The position numbers were made by a program, and so were the translations under genes. From an uncultured Planctomycetota bacterium (GTDB lineage: Bacteria; Planctomycetota; Planctomycetia; Gemmatales; Gemmataceae), in contig CAWKHF010000001.1 in assembly GCA_963849325.1 (NCBI GenBank), positions 448,001 through 512,000 on the forward strand: 64,000 bases of DNA, read 5' to 3'. The notes below the pieces were generated by a model. That model ran no database searches. It had not been told where the DNA came from and worked only from the letters and a program-made list of their open reading frames with translations. Below are positions 12,476 through 21,984 of this stretch, in pieces (position 1 is the first letter of the stretch; each line of letters begins with the position of its first letter).

Positions 12476-13473
12476 TCCAGGTTTAGTGCTTCGGCCGGCA
12501 GGCCCAGGAAGATCCTGTCCGTCGGCTCCGAGGAAAAAGGCAAACGTTTGTCCCAGGCGTAGCGGACTCGTTCGATCCGCTCCTTCTTCCTGTCCAGGGC
12601 CGCCGCGAGTTCACCGAGTTGAAGCGCCACCTCGCGCACTTCGCGGATCTGCTCATCGCGGAGCGTCTGCCTACCTTCCTTCGCCGTTGCCGTGATGGTC
12701 AAGAACCGATCCAGCCGGCCGATGTACGCATTCGGTTCCTTGTATTCGATGACCAGCAGCAACAACGGACGCTGACCGATCTTGGATCGGCTGATGAGGT
12801 TTTTCGTCCCGTACCATATGCCTTTGTACAGTTCCTCGACATCCGCGTCCGTCAGTTTGGTCGTTGTCGCCGCTTGCTGGTTCACGATGCCGTAGAAGGC
12901 GATGAGGGCGTAGGGGAGGATGTACTCCTCGCGGAATGTCCTCTGCTGAGCGCCTTGACCTGACGCGAACGCACCGGTCCCCTTGATGAACCGTGGTTCG
13001 ACGCGGTGCAGGCTGGTACCCATTGCGAACTGAACCGGTCCTGTCAGCGTGACGCTGGAGTCTTTTTCATTTTTTTGGATTTTGGAAACCGGAATCGTGG
13101 CGCCGAAGAGCCGCACGTCGATGCACTCCTTGATGACGCCGGCCTGAATCAGGTCGCGCTTCTGTAAGACATTCGTGGCCTTTTCCCTGGCTTCCTTGGC
13201 GACCTTCTGGAAAAAGTCTTCCGCCCGGTCCTTCCCCTCTTGGATGGTGCCGTCCGGCTTCTCGATCTCCCGACAGAAGATCTCCTGCTTGCCGTAGTCA
13301 TGCAAGTAGTCGCGGATCGTGCGCTTCAGACGCACGTCGGACACTTTGGCCCGGCCGGTTTCCAGGTCCATGCGCGGCCGATTCTCGTCGTTGGGGTCGC
13401 CGTTGGGGTTGGCGTCCGTGATGTCGTAGACGAACAGAATCTCGCTGCGCCGGCTGACCGTCTCAGTCTTCAT
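12472..13473 (-). CDS. cas7: Cas7/Csh2 (type I-B)
   Basis: RSEILFVYDITDANPNGDP..NRPR, VSDVRLKRTIRDY, DVRLFG, SVTLTGPVQF, GTGAFAS and SRSKIGQRP. Confidence 0.95.
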   Translation of the reverse strand: MKTETVSRRSEILFVYDITDANPNGDPNDENRPRMDLETGRAKVSDVRLKRTIRDYLHDYGKQEIFCREIEKPDGTIQEGKDRAEDFFQKVAKEAREKATNVLQKRDLIQAGVIKECIDVRLFGATIPVSKIQKNEKDSSVTLTGPVQFAMGTSLHRVEPRFIKGTGAFASGQGAQQRTFREEYILPYALIAFYGIVNQQAATTTKLTDADVEELYKGIWYGTKNLISRSKIGQRPLLLLVIEYKEPNAYIGRLDRFLTITATAKEGRQTLRDEQIREVREVALQLGELAAALDRKKERIERVRYAWDKRLPFSSEPTDRIFLGLPAEALNLE

Positions 13474-15383
13474 GGATTCGTTTCCTCACTGGTTGCGGGT
13501 AAGGTTCCTTCGTCTTCCTGTTCCTTGGCGAGCCTAGATCGCAGGGCGTGCCCCAGGGCGAAGTAATAGGAGATGTCGTCCGGGCCCAATGTCCAGCGTT
13601 CCGCCGTCGCGGCCAAAGCGGAGGCAGCGCAGCTCAGCAATCCGCTGACGATGCGCTCCTTGTCGGGGCCATATGCCTTGGCTTTGTCCTTGGCGGCGAT
13701 GAACAATCGCTGAACGTCTGGTTGGTTCAAGCGGAAGCCCTTATACTTCCCCTCGAAGGGCGTCGATCCGCGCACCAGGCTCTGGATCGTCTCGATTCGT
13801 CCGCAGCACGCCCCGACCAGGAAGGCTGCCTGGGCAGCGGGGTCGGTACGAAGCCGGCTGGTTTCCGGCGCTTGCTGGAAGAAGTGGCGGACACGATCCG
13901 CCTGCTCGTTACCTCCGTAGTCCACTATCATAGTCGGCTGGCTCCTTTCGTTGTCTCCTCTTGTAAGTTCCTCAAAAAACAGAAGCGACCGGAAGAGATC
14001 GGCGAGCCTGAACGGCCAAGCCTTGCCCTCCAAGTAGTCTTCTTGAACCCAACGCATCCCGATCTCGACCATGCGGTCGGCGCGATGTGGTCGGATCTCC
14101 AAGGCTGGCGAGTGGCTGAAAGAAAGTCATCGTCGAAGGTGCTACCGCCGCGTGCCGCAGGATAGATGTTTCTGAAGCAGCCGAAGGTAAACCTCCCTTC
14201 GGTGAAGGTCTTTGGGCTCGGCGGTTGAAGCCAGGGATGACGATCAACCCGATCCTGCGCACGGAAGAGTTCCCGGAATCGGGACGGTAGTAAGCCGAAC
14301 ACGGTAGAGCGCTGGCCGGAACGACTGCGGGTCGGGTTGGTAAAAGAGCAGGTCGAGTTGTAGCCGGTTGTTCTCCTCCGCAATGATCTCGAACAGGTCG
14401 TCCTCCGCATCCGTGAGCCGTTTCGATGCCTTGCGATCCACACGAGCGCTGGCTAATCGGTTCAGGGATTGGTAGGTGTCGGTCGCTGCCAGCCGCACCG
14501 AGGCCGGCAACATCAGATACTTGAAGCCGTAGTAGTTGAAAGAGAGATCCCTTTTGATTCGTTCACCGGAGAAATCAACCTTGTCACAGCACTCGCGACA
14601 GGCGGGAAAGTTCCGCCAGGCGTCCAGCGCATCGAAACCTCCTGACACAGAGCCGGGTTTGTCCAGCGTGTAAACCTTGAACTGCTGGATTTGGAGCAGG
14701 CCAGATACCTCGGCATCCCGTCTGCCGCAGATACAGCACTGACCCACGCCCTTGACATCACCCCCTATGCCCTTCTTCTTTGATGCAGCTTCCGTCCCTT
14801 TGCGGACTAGCGCCTGCTGGAAGGCTTTGAAGTCACCAACCCATCGGGCCTCGCCTTCCGAAGGCCGCCAGGCCACCGAGAGGATCGCTGGTTTCGTCAG
14901 ATCGGGGTGGGCTTCCCGCAAGCGGATGAAGATGGCCGATCGAGGATCGCTGCCCGCTGACCCCTGTTTGTCCTTGGGAGACTGCAAACGGTCGCGCATG
15001 ACGGCAAGCGCCTCGCACTCGCATGTCGGTAGGTCTTCGCACTGCTCCAACGCTTCATTGATGCTGCGAGCAAGCCGGCTGAGTTTCTTGCCGATTTCCC
15101 CATCGGCCGTGTTCTCCTTGCCCTTCTTGACAGTCGCCATTCCGGTCGTCGGCGTCGCGTCCCACCCGTTCGGCGGTCCTGGTCGGTAGAGGCAGCGCAA
15201 ACGGCGACCCTCGTCGTATTCGTCCACCTGCACCCCCTCAAAGCCGTCGGATGAGAATACGAGCAGCAGGATTTCCTTGGTGCGAAATTTGGCCGACGGG
15301 TCGGCCGCATATTGGATCAGCTGGTCCTTGACCCCTTCTCGTTCGAGGTAGAACTGGCCGAGTTCGGCGAATTGATGTATCAC
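13470..15383 (-). CDS. cas8b: Cas8b/Csh1 (TM1802-like) large subunit, frameshifted near 14290 and 14100
   Basis: C.ICG Zn motif, FKVYTLDKPG..SGGF..AWRNFPAC.EC and C-terminal AAFLVG..Q...PF...YYFALG; lies immediately upstream of cas7. Confidence 0.88.
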
Positions 15384-15544
15384 CGGGTAGACCCTCTTGA
15401 TAGCCCGCGATTGTCGAGTCAGCCGCCACCCGCTTTACGGTCACCACGTCCTTGGCACTCACCTCCGTCGGTTGGCTGAGTTCTCACTTGGTCCATGCGC
15501 TTCGCGCACGAACGAACGATCTACAGCCGATCCTCGGTGAGGTG

Positions 15545-15550
15545 TATAAT
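15545..15550 (+). promoter_or_regulatory. Putative sigma70 -10 box for mini-array 1 / vapBC
   Basis: Perfect TATAAT 48 bp upstream of the mini-array in otherwise GC-rich DNA; no clear -35. Confidence 0.45.
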
Positions 15551-15598
15551 GTCCTACAGCCGGGCCCGCGAGCATACAAGGGCGGTAGCAGAAATCGC

Positions 15599-15710
15599 CT
15601 TCTCCACGGTCTTCGGGCCGTGGCCGCTTTGAAGCAGGCGTCTGCCAGTGGGACAGTTGACCGACCATAGTGAGTTCTCCACGGCCTTCGGGCCGTGGCC
15701 GCATTGACAG
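15599..15710 (+). CRISPR. Mini-array 1 (2 repeats, one 38-nt spacer), opposite orientation to the main array
   Basis: CTTCTCCACGGTCTTCGGGCCGTGGCCGCTTTGAAGC (15599-15635), spacer 15636-15673, GTTCTCCACGGCCTTCGGGCCGTGGCCGCATTGACAG (15674-15710). Confidence 0.93.
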
Positions 15711-15779
15711 GTGCTGCCGACCATCGCCCCTTTCTCTCCCGTACCGTCCGCCCGGTCAGGAGATTGCCGGAGACTGTCC

Positions 15780-16007
15780 ATGACCACCGTTTCCCTTTCG
15801 GAAGCTCAAGCCCATCTGCCGGAACTGTTGGAAAAAGTCGCGGCCGGTCAGGAGGTCGTCATCACGCGCGATGATACGCCGCTCGCCTTGATAACGCCCA
15901 TTTGCACGGCCAATCCGCAACCGCGGTTCGGCAGCTGCAAAGGAATGCTCTCCATCGTGAGTGATGATGAGGAACACCTGGAGCACTTCAAGGAGTACAT
16001 GCCTTGA
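15780..16007 (+). CDS. Phd/YefM-family antitoxin
   Basis: MTTVSLSEAQAHLPELLEKVAAGQEVVITR..P.A; overlaps the PIN toxin start. Confidence 0.88.
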   Translation: MTTVSLSEAQAHLPELLEKVAAGQEVVITRDDTPLALITPICTANPQPRFGSCKGMLSIVSDDEEHLEHFKEYMP

Positions 16008-16390
16008 GGCTCCTGCTCGATACGCACACGTTCCTCTGGTTTACGCTCGGCGACACCCAGTTGAGCCCCACAGCGCTGGCCCTCATCAATGATCCGGGGA
16101 ATGACAAGCTTATCAGCCCAGCCAGCTACTGGGAGATAGCCATCAAGGTCAGCATCAGGAAACTGGCCCTGAACCAGCCCTTCGAGGACTTCCTCGATCG
16201 CGGAATCCGGCAGAACGGCTTCAAAATTTTGCACATCGACCTGCGACACACGGCACGCGTGGTCACGTTGCCGTTCCACCACAAGGATCCGTTCGACCGT
16301 CTGCTCATCGCCCAAGCGTTGACCGAGGGCATCGCCATCGTGGGGGCTGACACGCTCTTCGATCAGTACGGCGCGACGCGGTTGTGGTAG
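16004..16390 (+). CDS. vapC: VapC PIN-domain toxin
   Basis: LLLDTHTFLW, SPASYWEIAIK and HHKDPFDRLLIAQA. Confidence 0.93.
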   Translation: MRLLLDTHTFLWFTLGDTQLSPTALALINDPGNDKLISPASYWEIAIKVSIRKLALNQPFEDFLDRGIRQNGFKILHIDLRHTARVVTLPFHHKDPFDRLLIAQALTEGIAIVGADTLFDQYGATRLW

Positions 16391-16408
16391 GGCAGATGTC
16401 GGGCCGTC

Positions 16409-16693
16409 TTACACCACCACAACCACATCCTTCGCATCGGCCGCCTCCGTCGGCCGGCCGAGCGCCTCGATCGCGTTCACGCACTTCGCGCACAGCGGGA
16501 TGAACAGCACCTGATCCTGCTCCAAGTTGATGAGATCATACAGCCGCGACCGCAAACGTACAAAGTCGGTAGCGGACAAGCGACACAAAAACACCGAATA
16601 TTGCTTGCGGTAGCCGAAGTCCTCGCACACCGTCGCCACCTTGCGCAGACGTTTCGGATCGCTGATGTCGTAGGCGACGAGGTAGCTATCCAA
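16409..16693 (-). CDS. cas2: Cas2
   Basis: [25 protein letters not shown], 94 aa. Confidence 0.96.
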   Translation of the reverse strand: MDSYLVAYDISDPKRLRKVATVCEDFGYRKQYSVFLCRLSATDFVRLRSRLYDLINLEQDQVLFIPLCAKCVNAIEALGRPTEAADAKDVVVVV

Positions 16694-16699
16694 GGATTA

Positions 16700-16734
16700 C
16701 CCCTCACCCTACCCTCTCCCCAAGGGGCGAGGGA
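16700..16734. repeat. REP-like palindrome (CCCTCACCCTACCCTCTCCC...GGGGCGAGGG)
   Basis: Intergenic hairpin between cas1 and cas2; a related hairpin lies at ~46319-46349. Confidence 0.55.
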
Positions 16735-16742
16735 CGATCGGC

Positions 16743-18462
16743 TCACCGCACCGTGAAGCCCGTGTACGCCGGCACCGAGCCGCGCACGTACGCGGCCAGC
16801 ATCCGCGCCTGCACCTCCAGCATCCGCGAATAGCTCATCTTGTAGCCGTACACCGGGTGCGTCACCACCGTCGCCTTCCGCTGCTCGTAGGCCTGGAAGA
16901 ACTTCCGCCGGCCCGAGTCCGTCAGCTGACACGCCTCGCGCCACACCAGGAAATCGTCCGGCGTCAGCATCTCGTTGTTGATCAGCGTCAGCACCACCGA
17001 GTCGGCGATCACCGGGCGGAACTCCTCCATCAGGTCCAGCGCCAGCGACGGCTTGCCGTGGCGGTTGGAGTGGAAGAAGCCCTTGTACGGGTCGAATCCC
17101 ACCGTGCAGACCGCCGCGAAGCAGTCCTTCGTCAGCATCGCGTAGGCGAACGACAAGCAGCGCGTTCACCGGGTCGCGCGGCGGGCGGCGGTTGCGCGTC
17201 GTGAACTCGAAGCCGCGGCCCGGCGGCTGCACCTGCAGGAAGCGGCCGAACTCGCCGAAGTACAGCGCCGCTCCCTGCCCCTCCAGCCCCAACACCGTCT
17301 CCAGCGGACGCGGCACTGTCCAACCGCCGGATCAGGTCCGCCAGACCCCGCGCGGCCGGCTCGTCGCTGCCGCGGTCGCCGTCGCCGCGCAGGCTGCGCA
17401 TCAGCAGCGCCCGCTGGTTGGTGAGCTTGGCCCGCACCACCGCCTTCGACAGCGTCAGGCACTCCGCGGCGTCGGCGAAGCGGCGGAACTGCGCCTCGCG
17501 CAGCCCGACGTTCTTGCGCTCGGCCGGCGCGAACGTGCCGATGAACCGGCCGTAGCCCGTCAGGTAGGCCACCGGGATCTCGTTCGTCACCAGCGTCTCC
17601 AGCGCCTGCGTCGAAACCTGCACGTTGCCGAAGACCACCACCTGCCGGATCGCGTGCATCGGCACCCGCGTCACCTCCTGGCCGTCCTTGCGGACGACCA
17701 GATGCTCGCTGCGCTTGCCGACGTGGCTGCCCGGCTCCTGCACGTACAGCACCGCGCCGTCGTCGGACTGCGGGATCACCCGCGTCAGGCCGGGCGGCGG
17801 CGAGGCCGTTTCCTCGGCGGCCGGCGGCAGGCCGATCTGGTAGAGCGTCTCCTCCGGCAGACAGACCGGGGCCAGCGAGCAGCCGAAACAGCGGTGCCGC
17901 AGCTCCGCCGGCAGCGGGTCCGGCGGGGCGTCCAGGGCAGACAGCCGCCGGCATTCGTCGATGGCCGTGCGCGTCTTCGCCCGCAGCTCGTCGCGTGAAG
18001 CGGACCTCGACGCGCTCGCGCGTGCCGGCGTAGAACTGGAAGCCGCGCTGCACCGGCGCGCCGAACGCTTCTTCCATCAGCAGCGCCTGGCCGCACAGCT
18101 GCACGGCGTCGTTGTCCCAGGTCGTCGGCCGGCCGTCGTCGTCGCGCGGGGCGGAGCCGTGCTTGGTCTCCACCGGGTAGGACACGCCGTCCTTCTCCTC
18201 GATCACGTCGAGGACGCCGCTGATGCCGAGCGTCTCCGACGACAGGTGGACGCCGCGACTGCGGTTTGCATCGCCTTCCTTGCGCGTCTTGTTGGCCAGT
18301 TCCGGCTCATCGACGCGGCGGTGATCGAACAGGCCGGCCTCGACGTGTTCGTTGGTGCGGCATCACGGCATCGACGTACTGGAGGTAGTAGAGGCGCGGG
18401 CAGTAGGTGACCTGGTTCAGTGCGCGCAGGGGGATCATCTGGGCGTCGGTCGTTGCGGTCAT
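16743..18462 (-). CDS. cas1: Cas4-Cas1 fusion (type I-G-like), frameshifted in this sequence
   Basis: Cas4 part: [30 protein letters not shown] and a C-terminal Cys cluster. Cas1 part: [48 protein letters not shown] and LEVQAR. Confidence 0.93.
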
Positions 18463-18490
18463 GATTCACCTCAGAGAGTCCGAGTAAGGG

Positions 18491-20407
18491 TTAATCCACC
18501 ATCCGCAGCTTGCAAGGCGCCGGATCCATAGCCACCAGGAGCGGCCGAGAAAGGTGCGTGAAACTGACCACCGCCTGACCCGGCGCCAGTCCCGGGATGC
18601 GGCTCCACAGCGACTCGTCGATGCCGCTGATGGTATGTCGCAGGTTCATTAACACCTGCGGGTCGGTCAGCTTGTGCAGCACAAAGTTGTTGCACAGCGA
18701 CAAAACCTGACGGGGCAAGTGCGCGGGTAACTGTGTCACGAACACCAGCCCGAGCCAGCGCTTCCGGCCGCGCTTGGCGATGCGGGCCACTTGCTGGAAC
18801 AGCGTGTCCATCCGCTCGATGCGATCCGCACTGAGGAACTCGTGCGCTTCCTCAATGATGAGCAGGACGCGAGGAACCGGCGGGTCCTGCCCCGCGGCCT
18901 TCGCCTTCTCGTAGCGGCGGTAGGCATTTTCTTGGGCTTTCTGAACGCCGCGCATCAGATCGGCGATCGCAAAATTCGCCAGTTCCGTCATGCCGGTGTC
19001 CGAAAGGTCCACCACGGAAACCTGACCCGGTGCGATGAGCTGGTCGTAGTTCAGCGGCGGAGCGCCGCGTTTTTGCAAATGGCGATCAAACACTTTCAAG
19101 CGATTCAGCCGCCAGAGCAGGCTCTTGACCTTGCCCCACGAGGACGCACTGCTCAGTTCCTTTGCCTTGATGTGTTTCTCCAACGCCGCGCGGCCGGCGT
19201 CGGTACGGAGCACGGCGTTGTATGGCTCGAAGCTCGTTTTGCTCACCGTCGCCAGACACTTGCCGACCACGTCGAGCAGCAGCGACAGCGTCAGGCGGGG
19301 CCAGCCGCGCTCGAACTCGTCGATGCGGAGCAGCAGCTGTTCCTGCTTGTCCACTTCTTCCTTCGGCTTGTCCCGTTGTGGGAAAATGCCGAGGTCGCGC
19401 ATTATCGCCTTGGTGATTTCGTAGGCCGGAAGAAACCGCTCAGATTGAGCATCGTTCATCCCCAGCATTTCGATAACCGCGTGCGGAGAAAGCGCGGCAA
19501 ACTGGAGCGAGAACTCGCTGCGGTTTGGATGGCGCGGGTTCGTGGACTCACGACCGACAAGGTGGTACAGCCGCATGGAGTCCGCGGGGATGCCGGCTGG
19601 CGACAGGCCACGCTCCTGCAAGGCGTCCAGCATCGTGCGGTGATCGGCCGGTTCGTGCAAGTGCGTGTATTCGCCCTCGACATCCAGCAGAATGACGGTC
19701 ATCCCCACGGCCTGAGCTTGCTGGATCAAGCCCGCCACCGTCGTCGATTTGCCGCCGCCCGTTGTACCGAGGACCGCGACGTGGCGCGGCAGCACGGCCT
19801 TCTTGTCGGACGGTACGTTGACGATCACCTCGCTCGCCCCAACCACGGAACCCAGCCGGATGTCGCCATCGGTGTGCAGGACTGCGGCTACCTCCGATTG
19901 CGTCAGGGCAACGACGGGGCTATTGGGCAGCGGTCGCAGGCGCGGCGGAACCAGCGAGCCGTTCTTGAGTTCCTCGCCCAGAATCGAGACCGTCGCGCGG
20001 CCGTGGTAGGGCGGCAGATAGACGCCGCCGCGCGCCGTCACGGTGACGAGCAAATGCGAGTCGGCCCGTAGCGTGTCCGGTTCAGCAAAGGGACCGGCGG
20101 TCACGATGCCCAGGTACTTGCGCCCGTCGCAGCTCTTGATGCGCACCAGGGATTGCGACGGCGCCTGTTGGGCGTGATCGCGCGGCAGCAGGACCGTCAC
20201 GCTGCCGTCTTCGCTGCCGGGCAGGTCGAACATGGTCGCGCCGATGGCGCCTTCCCGATCCGGGTCGGGAGCCAACTCGCCGCCGGCACGGGTTACGTCG
20301 GCTTGGACCTGCTGGAGCAGATCCTCCGGCGGACGGGCGATGCCCAGGTCTTCCTGGCCGTTGTCGTGTGCCGTCCTAGGCGTTGGTCGCGTTGTGGGTG
20401 CAGGCAT
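18491..20407 (-). CDS. herA: HerA/FtsK-family ATPase (DUF87)
   Basis: N-terminal HAS-barrel-like region, HVAVLGTTGGGKS, ILLDVEGEY, LLIIEEAHEF and RIAKRGRKRWLGLVFVTQLP. Confidence 0.9.
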   Translation of the reverse strand: MPAPTTRPTPRTAHDNGQEDLGIARPPEDLLQQVQADVTRAGGELAPDPDREGAIGATMFDLPGSEDGSVTVLLPRDHAQQAPSQSLVRIKSCDGRKYLGIVTAGPFAEPDTLRADSHLLVTVTARGGVYLPPYHGRATVSILGEELKNGSLVPPRLRPLPNSPVVALTQSEVAAVLHTDGDIRLGSVVGASEVIVNVPSDKKAVLPRHVAVLGTTGGGKSTTVAGLIQQAQAVGMTVILLDVEGEYTHLHEPADHRTMLDALQERGLSPAGIPADSMRLYHLVGRESTNPRHPNRSEFSLQFAALSPHAVIEMLGMNDAQSERFLPAYEITKAIMRDLGIFPQRDKPKEEVDKQEQLLLRIDEFERGWPRLTLSLLLDVVGKCLATVSKTSFEPYNAVLRTDAGRAALEKHIKAKELSSASSWGKVKSLLWRLNRLKVFDRHLQKRGAPPLNYDQLIAPGQVSVVDLSDTGMTELANFAIADLMRGVQKAQENAYRRYEKAKAAGQDPPVPRVLLIIEEAHEFLSADRIERMDTLFQQVARIAKRGRKRWLGLVFVTQLPAHLPRQVLSLCNNFVLHKLTDPQVLMNLRHTISGIDESLWSRIPGLAPGQAVVSFTHLSRPLLVAMDPAPCKLRMVD

Positions 20408-20423
20408 AGCTGTTCTCCTCTCC

Positions 20424-21698
20424 TCAATCGTGACGAGTCGTGCGTTCGCTGAAGTAGCGCCAGGGCGCACCGGCCGCAGCGTAGGCCGTTTCGGTCAGGT
20501 GGTGCAGACTGCCGCCGAACACCGAATCGCAAACGTGATGGGCCAAGTCGATCAGCAGCGGGAAGCCGCGCTCTTCTTGGAACATGCTGTCGGCCAGCAC
20601 GATATGGGCGGCGAAGTGAGCGTGGTCCACATGGGCGTAGAAGAGCTGCGCTGGAGCCAGGATCGAGGCGCGGTACAGGCCAACCACCACTTGCGACGCG
20701 ACACGCTCGATGAAGCGTGGTATCCATTCCGGCGGGGACAGCCGCTCGCCGTCCCAGAATAAGTCCCCGGAGGATTCCATCGTGAATCGGCGTTGTTGGA
20801 ACCAGCCTTCCAGACGCGGAGCCAAGTTGCCGAGGATGGCGTAATGCAGCGGAGGCAGCGCCTGGCCAATGGTCAGCGCCAGCAGTTCACGGGGCTCACT
20901 GGCCACGAAGACGAATTTGCCGTAACCCTCGATCAGTTCGCGCATCATCCCGGTCGCGGCGACCATCAATTCCAGGATGTCGGCGCCAGTCAGCAATTCG
21001 TAAGTGATCGGATTGCCGTGGCCCATCCGCCAAACCGCCCTCGATTGGCGGAGGAGAATGGCCCGTTCGGCGTAATCCATGACAGCCTTCCTCGCCAATT
21101 CGCCGAGTTGGTCGCTCGGCGTTCCGTGGTTGAGGGCGGCTCGTTGGTCGCGGCGTCGGAGCAGCTCTAATACCTCATTAAGGTCCGCGGGGCCGCGTTG
21201 CCGCAGGTCGCGGCGGAAGAGTCGCTGCTGCCATGTGCCTTGATCGCCAGCGTAGGATACCAGCGAAACGCCGACCTGGTAGATCGTCAGAGGCAGCGTA
21301 GCATGTACCTGAACCGTCCCGTCACACGCTTCCACACCGCCGTTAAATAACAGGCCGCGATGAATGAGGGCGAGAATGTCCATGTTCGCGGTGAAGACGC
21401 CGCAGCCCGGTGCCGAAGCTGGGTCGATAAGCTTTGGGAAAACTTCGCTGCGAATGCACCGTTGGTACTCGTCCTCCTGGGCGATGGCCTCACGCACTTC
21501 GCGCTCGATACGCGGATACTCCTGCGCCAGGTCTCCTCCCAGCCGCCATGTGTTCACATCGAGAACCCGTTGCAACTCCTCACCGAAGCTCGCTCGAAAC
21601 TCGGCGGCGGTTGCCGGTTCCGAAGGCAGGCGCGTCGGCGACCGTGCCGCGGCCGACACGGGGGATGCTGCATCGTCTCGGGATGTGGTGGTTGCCAT
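20424..21698 (-). CDS. nurA: NurA-like (RNase H fold) nuclease
   Basis: VEACDGT resembles the NurA AVDGS motif and GFPLLIDLAH resembles GYP..L..AH; directly upstream of herA. Confidence 0.72.
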   Translation of the reverse strand: MATTTSRDDAASPVSAAARSPTRLPSEPATAAEFRASFGEELQRVLDVNTWRLGGDLAQEYPRIEREVREAIAQEDEYQRCIRSEVFPKLIDPASAPGCGVFTANMDILALIHRGLLFNGGVEACDGTVQVHATLPLTIYQVGVSLVSYAGDQGTWQQRLFRRDLRQRGPADLNEVLELLRRRDQRAALNHGTPSDQLGELARKAVMDYAERAILLRQSRAVWRMGHGNPITYELLTGADILELMVAATGMMRELIEGYGKFVFVASEPRELLALTIGQALPPLHYAILGNLAPRLEGWFQQRRFTMESSGDLFWDGERLSPPEWIPRFIERVASQVVVGLYRASILAPAQLFYAHVDHAHFAAHIVLADSMFQEERGFPLLIDLAHHVCDSVFGGSLHHLTETAYAAAGAPWRYFSERTTRHD

Positions 21699-21780
21699 CG
21701 TTCGTTCTCCCACGCGCTTTGCCGGCACCCTCGCGCCTGACTATACTCTCCTGGATTAAAGTGGTCGCGCCCGTCCCTTG

Positions 21781-21807
21781 TCCGTGGCCCAGTTCTTTGA
21801 CAATTGA
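21781..21807 (+). promoter_or_regulatory. Leader-derived motif upstream of mini-array 2
   Basis: TCCGTGGCCCAGTTCTTTGACAATTGA matches the main leader (minus strand TCCGTGGCGCTGGTCTTTGACAATTGA) at 24/27 positions. Confidence 0.75.
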
Positions 21808-21834
21808 ACCGCATCGCCTTGCCACCTCGACGAG

Positions 21835-21946
21835 GTTCTCCACGTTCTTATGAACGTGGCCGCATTGAAGATCCCTCACTACTTCCCGACATGCGCGACA
21901 AAGTTCGACATTCTCCACGGTCTCATGGCTGTGGCCGCATTGAAGT
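21835..21946 (+). CRISPR. Mini-array 2 (2 diverged repeats, one 38-nt spacer)
   Basis: GTTCTCCACGTTCTTATGAACGTGGCCGCATTGAAGA (21835-21871), spacer 21872-21909, ATTCTCCACGGTCTCATGGCTGTGGCCGCATTGAAGT (21910-21946). Confidence 0.88.
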
Positions 21947-21984
21947 GTAAGCAATCCCGCAAGCTCGCCGTGGCAAGCCAACGC

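Noticed and set aside
9434-18462. Frameshifts in cas3, cas8b and cas4-cas1 suggesting an inactivated system or programmed frameshifting
   Set aside because: Similar indels occur in unrelated genes (GNAT, kinase, ECF sigma, vWA, FHA), which points to sequencing error; polishing is needed before calling pseudogenes.
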